A program made the translations under genes and the position numbers. DNA of 64,000 nt from Gemmatimonadota bacterium (GTDB lineage: Bacteria > Gemmatimonadota > Gemmatimonadetes > Gemmatimonadales > Gemmatimonadaceae), in assembly GCA_016704465.1 (NCBI GenBank), contig JADJAD010000006.1, positions 380,021 to 444,020 of the forward strand. The letters run 5' to 3'. A model generated the notes under the pieces. It searched no databases and was not told the origin of the DNA. It saw nothing but the letters and a program-made list of their open reading frames with translations. Shown here piece after piece: positions 1 to 9,210 of the stretch. Each line of letters begins with the position of its first letter. Within the stretch, counting starts at the first letter, position 1.

Positions 1-212
1 TCCAGTCCGTCGTCACCGCCGGCTGCAACTGGACGACGTCGTACGTGACCTGTCCCTTCACGACGACCGCTGTCGGGGCGACGAAGGTGTTCGTCATTTT
101 CGTCAGGGCCATCGCGAGCGGCAACACCACCATCACCGCGACCGTCACTGGACAGCAACCCGATGCAGTCCCTGCGAACAACAGTGCGGCGGCGCTGTTC
201 GTGGCGCAGTAG
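1..212 (+). CDS. 3' end of an upstream gene (partial); Thr/Val-rich surface-repeat-like tail
   Basis: Frame 3 is open from the window edge to TAG 210-212. The tail ...GNTTITATVTGQQPDAVPANNSAAALFVAQ resembles the ends of DUF11/CARDB-type repeat proteins. It is too short to be sure. Confidence 0.3.
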   Translation, partial: QSVVTAGCNWTTSYVTCPFTTTAVGATKVFVIFVRAIASGNTTITATVTGQQPDAVPANNSAAALFVAQ

Positions 213-320
213 GGCGCCGCACGGCGTGGAGGGCCGCGCAGCGGTGGCGCGAATGCAGTCATCGTGCTTGACTGCACCCGTCGACAGGTCGTATCTCCGG
301 TGTCCCCTCTGGAGCAGTCC

Positions 321-2690
321 ATGCGTATCCCTCTCCGCGGCGTCATCGCCCTCGCCGCCCTCGCCGCCCTTGTCTCCGATGGCTCGTGGCTCGCTGCGCA
401 GTCAGCTCCGGCCCCGCAAGCGCCAGGGCACGCGCAAGCGAGCACCGCCCGCTATGCGCGCGCCGACGCCTTCCTCCCGTGGAACGTGCAGGCGCTCGTC
501 TCGGGGAACCAGCTCGACCCTCACTGGCTCGAGAACGATCGTTTCTGGTTCCGGGGCGCCCGCGGGCTCGGCGGCGAATTCCTCGTCGTCGACCCGGTAC
601 GGGGAACGCGCGCCGTCGCCTTCGATCACGCACGGCTGGCCGCCGCGCTCTCGGTTGCCGCCGACACGGCGTACGTCGCCGAGCGGCTCCCGTTCACCGA
701 GTTCGACTTCGTGCGCAATGGTCAGGCGATTCGCTTCAACGTCGCCGACTCGGCGCGCTTCACGTGCGACATCGTTGCCTACACGTGCGCAGCGAAAGAG
801 AAGGCGACCGCCCCGGCGAAGGATGAGATCCTCTCGCCCGACGGGAGGTGGGCCGCCTTCTCGCGCAACGAGAACCTCTGGGTACGCGCGGTTGCCACCG
901 GGCAGGAGACGCAGCTCTCCACCGATGGCGAGGCCTACTGGGGATACGGCGTCGTGCCGGAGGGGTGCTGCCAGGAGATCACCAATCGCCGTGCCAAGCG
1001 AAAGGTCTGGCCCGTGCTGCGCTGGTCTCCCGATTCCAAGCGCATCGCCACCCATCGGTATGACGAACGCAGGGTGGAGCCGCTGAACCTCATCGAGACC
1101 GTCTCAGGCGGGAGGCCCAAGCTCCACAGCTACCGCTACGCCCTGCCCGGGGACTCCGTCGTCCCTACGTGGCAGCCGTATGTCTTCGACGTCGAGGCCA
1201 GGCGCGGGACCAAGATCGACATCGCTCCCGTTCCCGGATTCTTCACCTCCGCCGATTCCTCGTTCCGCGATGTGCAGTGGACGCAGGATGGCAGCTCGCT
1301 CTTCGTCACGGCGCGCAGCCGGGACTTCAAGAAGTACCAGCTGTTCCAGGTCGATCCCGCCAGCGGCACGGCGCGCCTCGTCTTCACCGACTCGGGACAG
1401 ACCTATCGTGAACTCAACCAGTTCAGCGGCGCGCCCAACTGGCGCGTGCTCAAAAACGGCAAGGAAGTGCTCTGGTGGTCCGAGCGTGACGGGTGGGGGC
1501 ACCTCTATCGCGTGGACGCCACCACGGGACGGGTGATCGCGCAAGTCACCAGCGGCCCGTGGCTTGTGCTCGACCTGCTCGCCGTCGACGAGACGCTGGG
1601 CACCGTGCACTTTACCGGCGTCGGACGCGAGCGGGGAGTCGATCCCTACTATCGCATGCTCTACCAGGTCGGCCTCGATGGCTCGGGATTCACGCGCCTC
1701 TCGGCGGAGAACGCCGATCACCAGGTGTGGGCCACGCCGTCGGGGCGCCATTTCGTCGACCTGTACTCGCGCCGCGATGCGGCTCCGGTCGGTGTCGTTC
1801 GTGCGCCTGACGGGCGCGTGCTGCAGACCATCGAGCAAGGGGACATCTCGCGCCTTCAGGCCATCGGGTGGAAGCCGCCGGTCGCGTTCAGCGCCAAGGG
1901 ACGGGATGGGGTGACCGATGTGCACGGCTATCTCTACTTCCCCACCAACTTCGACTCCACCGCCAGCTATCCGGTCGTCGACTACATCTATCCCGGCCCG
2001 CAGGTCGGCGCCGTCGCCTCGCGCTCGTTCGTCACCAGCGCCCCCGGCAATGGCCAGGCGATGGCCGAGCTGGGCTTCATCGTCTTCACCGTCGATGCGT
2101 TAGGCTCGCCGCTGCGCTCCAAGGCGTTCCACGACGCGTATTACGGCAACATGACCGACAACGGCCTCCCCGATCACATCTCGGCGATGCAGGCGCTGGC
2201 CTCCACCTATCGCCAGATGGACTTGGACCGCGTCGGGATCTACGGCCACTCCGGGGGCGGCTTCTCCGGTACCGACGCCATCCTGCGCTATCCTGAGTTC
2301 TTCAAGGTCGCCGTGTCGGGGGCGGGAAACCACGACCAGCGTGGCTACCATTTCCCGTGGGGGGAGAAGTATCACGGCTTGTTGGTGAAGAACGCGACCG
2401 GCGGAGACAACTACGACTCGCAGGCCAACCAGAACCTCGCCGGGAACCTCAAGGGGAAGCTCCTCCTGTCGTACGGCACGCTCGACGACAACGTCCATCC
2501 CAACATGACGCTCGCCGTCATCGACGCCCTCATCAAGGCCAACAAGAAGTTCGACGTATTCGTGTATCCCAACCGGAATCACTCGTATGCCGGAGAGCCG
2601 TACGCCATCCAGCAGACATGGGACTACTTCGTGCGGCACCTGCGGGGGGAGGAACCGCCGACGGATTTCGTGATTCGGCAGCCGCGGTAA
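321..2690 (+). CDS. Secreted dipeptidyl-peptidase IV / prolyl-oligopeptidase family (S9) serine peptidase
   Basis: Track ORF 264-2690. ATG 321 is preceded by GGAG and followed by the signal peptide MRIPLRGVIALAALAAL. The long N-terminal region is propeller-like. The C-terminal alpha/beta-hydrolase part has the nucleophile elbow YGHSGGGF, then GTLDDNVHP and NRNHSY. Confidence 0.9.
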   Translation: MRIPLRGVIALAALAALVSDGSWLAAQSAPAPQAPGHAQASTARYARADAFLPWNVQALVSGNQLDPHWLENDRFWFRGARGLGGEFLVVDPVRGTRAVAFDHARLAAALSVAADTAYVAERLPFTEFDFVRNGQAIRFNVADSARFTCDIVAYTCAAKEKATAPAKDEILSPDGRWAAFSRNENLWVRAVATGQETQLSTDGEAYWGYGVVPEGCCQEITNRRAKRKVWPVLRWSPDSKRIATHRYDERRVEPLNLIETVSGGRPKLHSYRYALPGDSVVPTWQPYVFDVEARRGTKIDIAPVPGFFTSADSSFRDVQWTQDGSSLFVTARSRDFKKYQLFQVDPASGTARLVFTDSGQTYRELNQFSGAPNWRVLKNGKEVLWWSERDGWGHLYRVDATTGRVIAQVTSGPWLVLDLLAVDETLGTVHFTGVGRERGVDPYYRMLYQVGLDGSGFTRLSAENADHQVWATPSGRHFVDLYSRRDAAPVGVVRAPDGRVLQTIEQGDISRLQAIGWKPPVAFSAKGRDGVTDVHGYLYFPTNFDSTASYPVVDYIYPGPQVGAVASRSFVTSAPGNGQAMAELGFIVFTVDALGSPLRSKAFHDAYYGNMTDNGLPDHISAMQALASTYRQMDLDRVGIYGHSGGGFSGTDAILRYPEFFKVAVSGAGNHDQRGYHFPWGEKYHGLLVKNATGGDNYDSQANQNLAGNLKGKLLLSYGTLDDNVHPNMTLAVIDALIKANKKFDVFVYPNRNHSYAGEPYAIQQTWDYFVRHLRGEEPPTDFVIRQPR

Positions 2691-2804
2691 GCCCAACGGA
2701 GTTTGCGAATCGGCCGACCCTAGCGCATCACGGAGCGCTCGCGCCGCTCCACCGAAGCGGGTCAGGTACAACTACAGCTGCATCACGCGCAGGCGCCTCC
2801 CACC

Positions 2805-4334
2805 TCACGGCTGGTGACGCTTGTAGATGATCGGATTCAGGGGAAGCTTGTCACGGTCGATGATCACGCCGTCCTTCATGACCATCCGGATCATGCGGAT
2901 GTTGGTGATGTCGGCGAGGGGATCAGCGTCCAGCATCACCATATCGGCGATCTTGCCTCGCTCAATCGTGCCGAGGGAGTCGCCCATGTGGTGCGGAAGC
3001 GCCTGCGCGCCCGTCCTTGTGCCGGCGACGATGGCCTGCGACGGGGTCATCCCGAACTCGACGAGCGCCTCGATCGCCGCGAGCGTGCCCACTCCTGGCT
3101 GGCGCATGCCCCACTGGTTGGGGTCACGCGAGAACTCGATGGCCTGCGCCACCTGATTGTCGGTCGCCGTCGTGATTGGGCAGCTTGTCTTCACGATCTG
3201 CTCGGCGTTGGCCCGCATGACGCGCGAGTTGGTGGTCCGGATCGAGTCCTCGATCATCTTCTCCGTCATCGCCGGCTTTGGCCAGCTTCGCAGTTCCGTC
3301 GGCCCGTTGCTCGCGGCACTGGCAGCGCTTGCCCCTCCGGTCCGGTTGGCGCCGGCGCGTGCCAGCGCCATCTGGTAGCCGCGCCCCGCGTGGTTGTTGC
3401 CGTGGATCGAGCAGAACGGCCTTTTCTCGCTCAGGAGCTTGAGCACCTCGTTGGTGATGGGAACTCCCCCAACCTCTGGGTGCTGAATGAGGTCGATGCC
3501 GGAGACGAGGGCGATGTACATCCCCTCGGGCGTGGTGGAGTGCGTCTCGGCCATGAGTCCGCGCGCGTGCACCGCGTCGACGATCGCCTTGAACTGTCGC
3601 TCGGAGAAGACGAGCCCGGGCTCGGTGTGTGTGTGGGTTGTCCCGCCGATCTTCACGAAGTCGACGCCTTTGTCGATGTAGGCATTGACGATGACCTTGA
3701 GCGAGTCGGGGCCGAACCAGGGCATGAGTTCACCGGCGCCCTGCGTGATCTGGTCGTTGAGCCACTCCTCGTAGTAGTTCTCCGGGTCGCGGCCCCGGAA
3801 CGTCTTGGAGAAGGTCCCGCCCCAGCCGATGATGTTCCCGGCGACGTACATGCGCGCGCCGATCGCCGTGCCGCTCTTGATCGCATCGCGCGCCACGAGC
3901 AGCGGCGCGAGCGTGCCGTACGAATCACGAATCGAGGTGACGCCGTACTTGAGGTGCATCTGCGCCCCTTCGATCGCGATGTCACTCAGCCGTTCCCAGT
4001 ATCTCGCATATTCGGCGGCGCTCGTCGGCATGCCGTTGTGCACGTTGGTGTCGACGAAGCCCGGGGTGACGTACTTGCCGGCCCCGTCGACCTTCTGGGC
4101 GCAGGCAGGCACCTGCACGTTGGCCCGCCTGCCGATTTCGGCGAACTTGCCGGCGCGCACGAGAATGGTGGCATCGGCGAGCGGCACCCCGCCGTTGCCG
4201 TCGATGACGGTGGCACCAATGATCGCGATGGCACAGGGCTGCGCGGTCGGGCGCGGCGCGGCGCTGAGCGACGCGGATGACAGGTGTACTGCGGTCGCGA
4301 CGAACGCTGGGATCCGGAGGCGGTGCATGGACAT
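2805..4334 (-). CDS. Secreted amidohydrolase-superfamily protein
   Basis: Track ORF 2805-4361. The likely start is MSMHRLRIPAFVATAV at 4334. IIGATVIDGNGG lies near the N-terminus. GFVDTNVH occupies the HxH metal-site position, with the first His reading Asn. The C-terminal GTIERGKIADMVMLDADPL is typical of the family. Confidence 0.85.
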   Translation of the reverse strand: MSMHRLRIPAFVATAVHLSSASLSAAPRPTAQPCAIAIIGATVIDGNGGVPLADATILVRAGKFAEIGRRANVQVPACAQKVDGAGKYVTPGFVDTNVHNGMPTSAAEYARYWERLSDIAIEGAQMHLKYGVTSIRDSYGTLAPLLVARDAIKSGTAIGARMYVAGNIIGWGGTFSKTFRGRDPENYYEEWLNDQITQGAGELMPWFGPDSLKVIVNAYIDKGVDFVKIGGTTHTHTEPGLVFSERQFKAIVDAVHARGLMAETHSTTPEGMYIALVSGIDLIQHPEVGGVPITNEVLKLLSEKRPFCSIHGNNHAGRGYQMALARAGANRTGGASAASAASNGPTELRSWPKPAMTEKMIEDSIRTTNSRVMRANAEQIVKTSCPITTATDNQVAQAIEFSRDPNQWGMRQPGVGTLAAIEALVEFGMTPSQAIVAGTRTGAQALPHHMGDSLGTIERGKIADMVMLDADPLADITNIRMIRMVMKDGVIIDRDKLPLNPIIYKRHQP

Positions 4335-4441
4335 GGCAGGACTGGGCTGTGGGAGTGGCAAACTGGAGCCGGGCGACCATTCGCGACGCCGGAGCGCTGG
4401 CCGGCACGCACCGGCGAGAACGAGACGCCGTACCGCGGCGC

Positions 4442-6440
4442 CTAACGAACGGCGCGCCCCTTCACCCGGAAGTCGAGAGCGGTATCGAAGCCGGCGCCGG
4501 GCCGGAGCTTGAGCACCACCTCAACCGCCTCGCTCATCTCGCGTGGCGCGAGCCGATCGGCGGAGCCGAGCTTGCCGGAGAATGCCACGGTGGACGCCGA
4601 CAGCGCGACGCCGGCCGAGTCCACCAGCTCGGCGGTCGGCTGCCCGCCAGCCGTCGCGATGCCGACGATGTCCAGGCGAAGCGGGCCGTAGACAGGTTGG
4701 CGCGAGACGTTGCGCAGTTGCAGCTGCAGGCGTGCAGTCCCACTGGCGGCGTCGTAGACGGGAGTTCCGGCCACCACCTCCACACGATCGGTGAGGTCCG
4801 CCTCCGTCAGGGCGCCCGGTACCGCGGTGGGAGCGCCGAGCGTGATGCGAGCGCCGTACAACTCCTGCTTGCCGCTGCGGCGATCGGCCCAAACCGCGTT
4901 GAAGGCGCCGTCTCGGTCGGCCGCAAGCCCGGTGTAGTGCCCGGCGAAGAGGTTGCGCGTGCCGTCGAACGAGAGCACGATGCGCCCGTTGGTGAGCGCC
5001 TTGTGCGCCTCGTCGCGCGCGCGGCGCACGAACTCGGGGCCGGTGAGCGCGAACCGCTCCATCGTCGAGAGCCTGGTCGCCGTGGAGTCGGGGGGACGAT
5101 TCGGGTCGTCGAAAGGGCTCAGGTTGTGCACGTAGGCGCCCGGCCCCTGGCTGGGCGGCGGACAACTTGCCGCTGACGACACGGTGTGGTTGGCGCTGAA
5201 GCGCTGGCCCCCGTCGATGGAAAAGGCGAACAGGTACTCCCAGCAGCGACGTGCCGGATCGCCGCGTCGATCGTACCAGGCGATCCCGATCTCACCGCGT
5301 GGCGCGACCGCGACCACGGGCGTCATGCGAAAGTCGGCGACACCAAGCGGCACGTTTCGTGTGTTGTCGTTGACCCGCAAGGGGGGCGACCAGCTTCTCC
5401 CCTTGTCGGTCGAGCGCGAAAACCAGATGTCGGAGTGGCCGCTGCGCGTATCGTCCCAGGTGGCATAGATGTGGTCACGATTCGGGCTGGTCGATGACGT
5501 ATCGGCGACGACGATGGGCAGGCTGAACGCGCGGGGGAACTCGCCGCGCCGCGCCGGCCAGATATGCGGACCGAAGTCGAACACCTTCTCAGGGGGCGAG
5601 AAGGTCTTCGCACCGTCGGTCGACCGGCGCACGAACATGGGGAGCCTCTCGTTGCGCGGGTCGCCGAGGCGGATTCCAGTACTGGTAGTAGGTGACCAGG
5701 ACGGTGCCATCAGAGAGCACGACCGGCTCGGTTGCCACGAGCTTCCCGCCGGGCTGGAGGTCGATCAGCGTCGGATCGGAAAAGCTCTTGCCGTGATCGT
5801 CGGAGTACTGGAGGAACATGGCGTACTGGTCGCGCACGAACGAATCGTACACGTCGTTCCAGGCGAGGTAGACGCGCCCGCGATGCGGCCCCTGGCTCAT
5901 GTCGACGACGAGCCGGGCATGATCGGGCTGCACCGAGGGATGAATTTCGGTGGGGCCGTCCCACGTCCACGCATCGCCGGTGGTCGTCCAGATGCGGATC
6001 GCCGCCGGCTGCGACGCCTCGGGCCCGCTCATCGCGCGCGCGAAGCTCCCGCCAATGACGCATTGCATCACGTAGAAGCGCCCGTCGGGGCCGACGACGA
6101 CCATCGGGTCGAAGGCGCCGGCTGTGTAACCAGGCAGGCTCACGGTGACCCATGTGTTCCCGCCGTCCCGGGACACCATGGTCGCGGAATGTCGGCCGCC
6201 CGTCCCGCCGTCACCCGAGCCCACCTGCGCCACGGCGACCATCACGTTCGGGGTGGTGGGACTCACCGCCACCCACATTTCGTTGTACTCGCCCGGCACG
6301 AGCCGGCGGTTCGGCCCGACCGACACCGTTGACGGCGTTGCCGCTGGCGGCGGCTGCGCCGCTGGCACCGAGCTCCCGAGCAGGGTCAGCGCGACGAGCG
6401 TGACGCACGGTGCGACTTGCGGGAACCGGGCAGTGTGCAT
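4442..6440 (-). pseudogene. BNR/sialidase-like beta-propeller exoprotein, interrupted by one frameshift near 5660-5675
   Basis: Track ORFs 5589-6887 and 4442-5710 overlap. They read ...SDGTVLVTYYQYWNP and then, in another frame, ...LGDPRNERLPMFVRRSTDGAKTF. Asp-box-like motifs are SRDGGNTW, SDDHGKSF, STDGAKTF and STDKGRSW. The start ATG 6440 (MHTARFPQVAPCVTLVALTLL, signal peptide) is preceded by GGAGA. Confidence 0.6.
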
Positions 6441-6705
6441 GGAAGGTCTCCGGTGAAACGTCGGGCGGCGCTGGGCGCGCGTACGCCGGGAGAGGTATCG
6501 CAGCGCCCCAAGATCGGTGCCGCGCGCGTGATCGTCAACGAAACCAGCGCGATGGTGCGCGGCCACGACGCCCCGTGCACACCGGTGCTGCGCAGCTGCT
6601 CTCTGGACGCGCAGCAACCGCAGCACAACATTGCAGGACGACGTCGGCGGTGGCGGCACATCCCCGCGTTCCGTACCCGCCCCGACCCCACAGGACAACG
6701 CATCC

Positions 6706-7227
6706 ATGGCCTCGATCCGGCGCCCCCTCCTGTCCGCCTGCGCCCTGGCTTTACTCAGCAGCGCCTGCTTCAATCGTGGGACGGCCGGCGGCGCGCCGCC
6801 CCCCGTGAACGGCAAGGAACGGACGCAGTTCACCATGCGATACATCGACCTGACGCCCGGCTCGGGTGCCGAGGCCGCGCCTGACAAGTGCTACTACGTG
6901 CACTACACAGGCTGGCTGACCGACGGCAAGAAATTCGACTCGTCACGCGATACGGCGAGCAACGGACAGCCGCGAACGCCGCTCCCCTTCCAGCAGGGCA
7001 AGCGGACCGTGATTCCGGGCTGGGACCAGGGCTTCGAGGGAATGAGAGTCGGGGCACGTCGCCGCCTGATCATTCCGTATCAGCTTGCGTACGGGGTCAA
7101 CGGGCGCCCGACGCTCATTCCGCCCAAGGCCACGCTCATCTTCGACGTCGAGCTGATGGACGTGCGGGATGCGCCGCCGGCTGCACCGCAGGGCGCCCCA
7201 CCGGCGCGCTGCCCCACCTGGTCGTAG
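6706..7227 (+). CDS. FKBP-type peptidyl-prolyl cis-trans isomerase, lipoprotein-like signal
   Basis: Track ORF 6631-7227. ATG 6706 gives MASIRRPLLSACALALLSSAC. FKBP motifs are YVHYTGWLTDGKKFDSS, IPGWDQGFEGMRVG and LIFDVELMDV. Confidence 0.9.
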   Translation: MASIRRPLLSACALALLSSACFNRGTAGGAPPPVNGKERTQFTMRYIDLTPGSGAEAAPDKCYYVHYTGWLTDGKKFDSSRDTASNGQPRTPLPFQQGKRTVIPGWDQGFEGMRVGARRRLIIPYQLAYGVNGRPTLIPPKATLIFDVELMDVRDAPPAAPQGAPPARCPTWS

Positions 7228-7234
7228 CCGCGCT

Positions 7235-7819
7235 ATGTCCCGTCACATCGCAGCCCTGCTTGCGGCATTGCTCGTCGTGGTACAGCCCATGGCGGCGCAG
7301 TCGCTTCCCCACGTCGTCTTCGGCACGGAGCGTGGCGAGATCGAGGTTGAGGTCGACACGATCCGCGCCCCGATCACCGGAAAGAACTTCCTGCGGTACG
7401 TCGAGGGTGGATTCTTCACGAACGGCTCATTCTTTCGCGTCGTCCGGCCGGACAACCAGCCGAATGACTCGATCCGGATCGACGTGATCCAGGGGGGACA
7501 GAGTCGCGAGCCGCGTCGCCAGGGCTTTCCGCCCATCGAGCTTGAACGAACGGCCGTCACCGGAATCACGCACGTCGATGGCGCCATCTCGATGGCGCGC
7601 GGCGGGGTGTCGAGCGCCACCTCGAGCTTCTTCATCTGCCTCGGGCCGCAGCCCTCGCTCGACTACGGCGGCATGCGGAATCCGGACGGCCAAGGCTTTG
7701 CCGCCTTCGGGCGCGTAGTGCGTGGGCTCGACGTGGCGCGCCGCATCCAAGCCGAGGCAGCCAACGGCCAGAACCTCGTCACCCCCGTGCTCATCCTCGA
7801 CGCCAGACGCACGCCGTAG
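7235..7819 (+). CDS. Cyclophilin-type peptidyl-prolyl cis-trans isomerase (secreted)
   Basis: Track ORF 7169-7819. ATG 7235 gives MSRHIAALLAALLVVVQPMAAQ. Cyclophilin-like motifs are PITGKNFLRYVEGGFF, FFRVV, FFICLG and GFAAFGRVVRGLDV. Confidence 0.85.
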   Translation: MSRHIAALLAALLVVVQPMAAQSLPHVVFGTERGEIEVEVDTIRAPITGKNFLRYVEGGFFTNGSFFRVVRPDNQPNDSIRIDVIQGGQSREPRRQGFPPIELERTAVTGITHVDGAISMARGGVSSATSSFFICLGPQPSLDYGGMRNPDGQGFAAFGRVVRGLDVARRIQAEAANGQNLVTPVLILDARRTP

Positions 7820-7906
7820 ACGCGACGAGCGGTTCGGACCACAACGTAGAGGGGGGCGCGATCCAGTCGGATCGCGCCCCCCTCGCCTTGCATCGTGTAC
7901 CGCGGA

Positions 7907-9199
7907 CTACGGATTCTTGTCCGCGCAGACACGCACGTTCGGGTTCGCCTGCTCCGAGAGCGTCAGGATGAACACCACATCTGTTCCATAACTCACACCA
8001 GCCTTGTACGGACCCTTGGGCCAAACGTTCGCCTCGGCGCGTGTGTACTGCCGCATCAGTCGCCGCAGGTCGCCCGCCCGGTGACCGGTGCCGAACAGCC
8101 AGAAGGCACGCTCGCGGAAGAGCAGGTCCACGCGGGTTTCGAAGCTGCCTGGGTCTGCCAACGGCGCCATCGCCGGCGTGATGCCGGTCGCCCGCAGCGC
8201 GTTGAGGATCCCGAGCCACCCGTTGCCGGTCGTGGCGTTGTCGTTCCGGTTGGCCTGGAGGGCCGCCTCGGCCTCGATCAACCGCGCTTCAATCCCGGTC
8301 ACCATCGGAATCGGCGAAGACAGCGAGCCGTACTTCCCGAACACCGCGACGCTCGTAATGCCATCGGTCCCCACGCCGTTCGCCGTCGTGGGAATGCGCG
8401 GATCTGCCGCGCTCACGAAGTTCAGGCCATTCACGCCCTCACGATCCGAGACGGTGATCGTGCGGAGATTGTTGCCGTTGAAGACCAAGTTGGTCTGGCC
8501 GGCGACGGTCAGTGTCGCCTCGGCATTGAACACGTAGTTCGTCGGGACGCCGCTAACGGCCGCCGCCGCCTGCGCATACTGGGCACGATTGAGCAAGGCG
8601 CGACCGCGTGCCACCTTGGCCAGGTTCAGCACCCGGGCGCTGTCGGCGCCGTAGACGAGCGCCGAGTCGAAGTTCGCGATGGCGACCTTCAGCACGCTGT
8701 CGCTCGTGAGCGGGCCGCTGAAGATTGCCTCCGTTCCATTGATGTCGGTGAGCGGGGTGCCGTTGCAGCTCGTCTCTCCGATGAACAGCTCGGCCAGCCC
8801 CTTGGTGGCAAAGAGCTGTCCCATGCGCGAGCGCGGCGTGGGGGCAAACTGCCGGCGGGACTCAATTGCCTGCTGCGTCTGCGTCCGCACCCGGTGCATA
8901 AGGATCGGGCCATACTCGGTGAAGGTCAGCGACTGCGACCGGAAGTCGATGTCGGCCTGTGAAATGAATGCCGTGGCGAACTTGAACTCGTCGCTGAAGA
9001 TGCCGGTGTTGTACGCGAACGTCATGAACGGCGACATGATCGACGCGAGGGCGCCGCTCGTGAGTGCCTCGGCGCCCGCCGCGTTGGCGAGCTGTTCCGG
9101 CTGCACCACGTCGGGTGAGTCCACGTCCGTCAGCGAGGAGCAGGCGGACGCGAGCAGGAATCCGGCCGCGGTGGCGAGCCGATAGAATCGCTGGGTCAT
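7907..9199 (-). CDS. SusD/RagB-like nutrient-binding outer-membrane lipoprotein
   Basis: Track ORF 7907-9214. The MTQRFYRLATAAGFLLASAC lipobox start is at 9199. The size is about 430 aa, and the gene lies 12 bp downstream of a SusC-like gene on the same strand. Confidence 0.7.
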   Translation of the reverse strand: MTQRFYRLATAAGFLLASACSSLTDVDSPDVVQPEQLANAAGAEALTSGALASIMSPFMTFAYNTGIFSDEFKFATAFISQADIDFRSQSLTFTEYGPILMHRVRTQTQQAIESRRQFAPTPRSRMGQLFATKGLAELFIGETSCNGTPLTDINGTEAIFSGPLTSDSVLKVAIANFDSALVYGADSARVLNLAKVARGRALLNRAQYAQAAAAVSGVPTNYVFNAEATLTVAGQTNLVFNGNNLRTITVSDREGVNGLNFVSAADPRIPTTANGVGTDGITSVAVFGKYGSLSSPIPMVTGIEARLIEAEAALQANRNDNATTGNGWLGILNALRATGITPAMAPLADPGSFETRVDLLFRERAFWLFGTGHRAGDLRRLMRQYTRAEANVWPKGPYKAGVSYGTDVVFILTLSEQANPNVRVCADKNP

Positions 9200-9210
9200 C
9201 GGTCGGCGCC

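Noticed and set aside
163-1086. Long Arg/Pro/Ser/Ala-rich ORFs overlapping the DPP-IV gene in other frames. The same kind of ORF recurs throughout the track, e.g. 2814-4280, 13843-15375, 19272-21860, 24927-26408, 28871-30565, 41560-43650, 53340-55022, 55528-57192 and 55697-57466.
   Set aside because: These are typical high-GC shadow ORFs. They have low-complexity composition and no recognisable motifs, and each fully overlaps an ORF with clear family signatures on the same or opposite strand.
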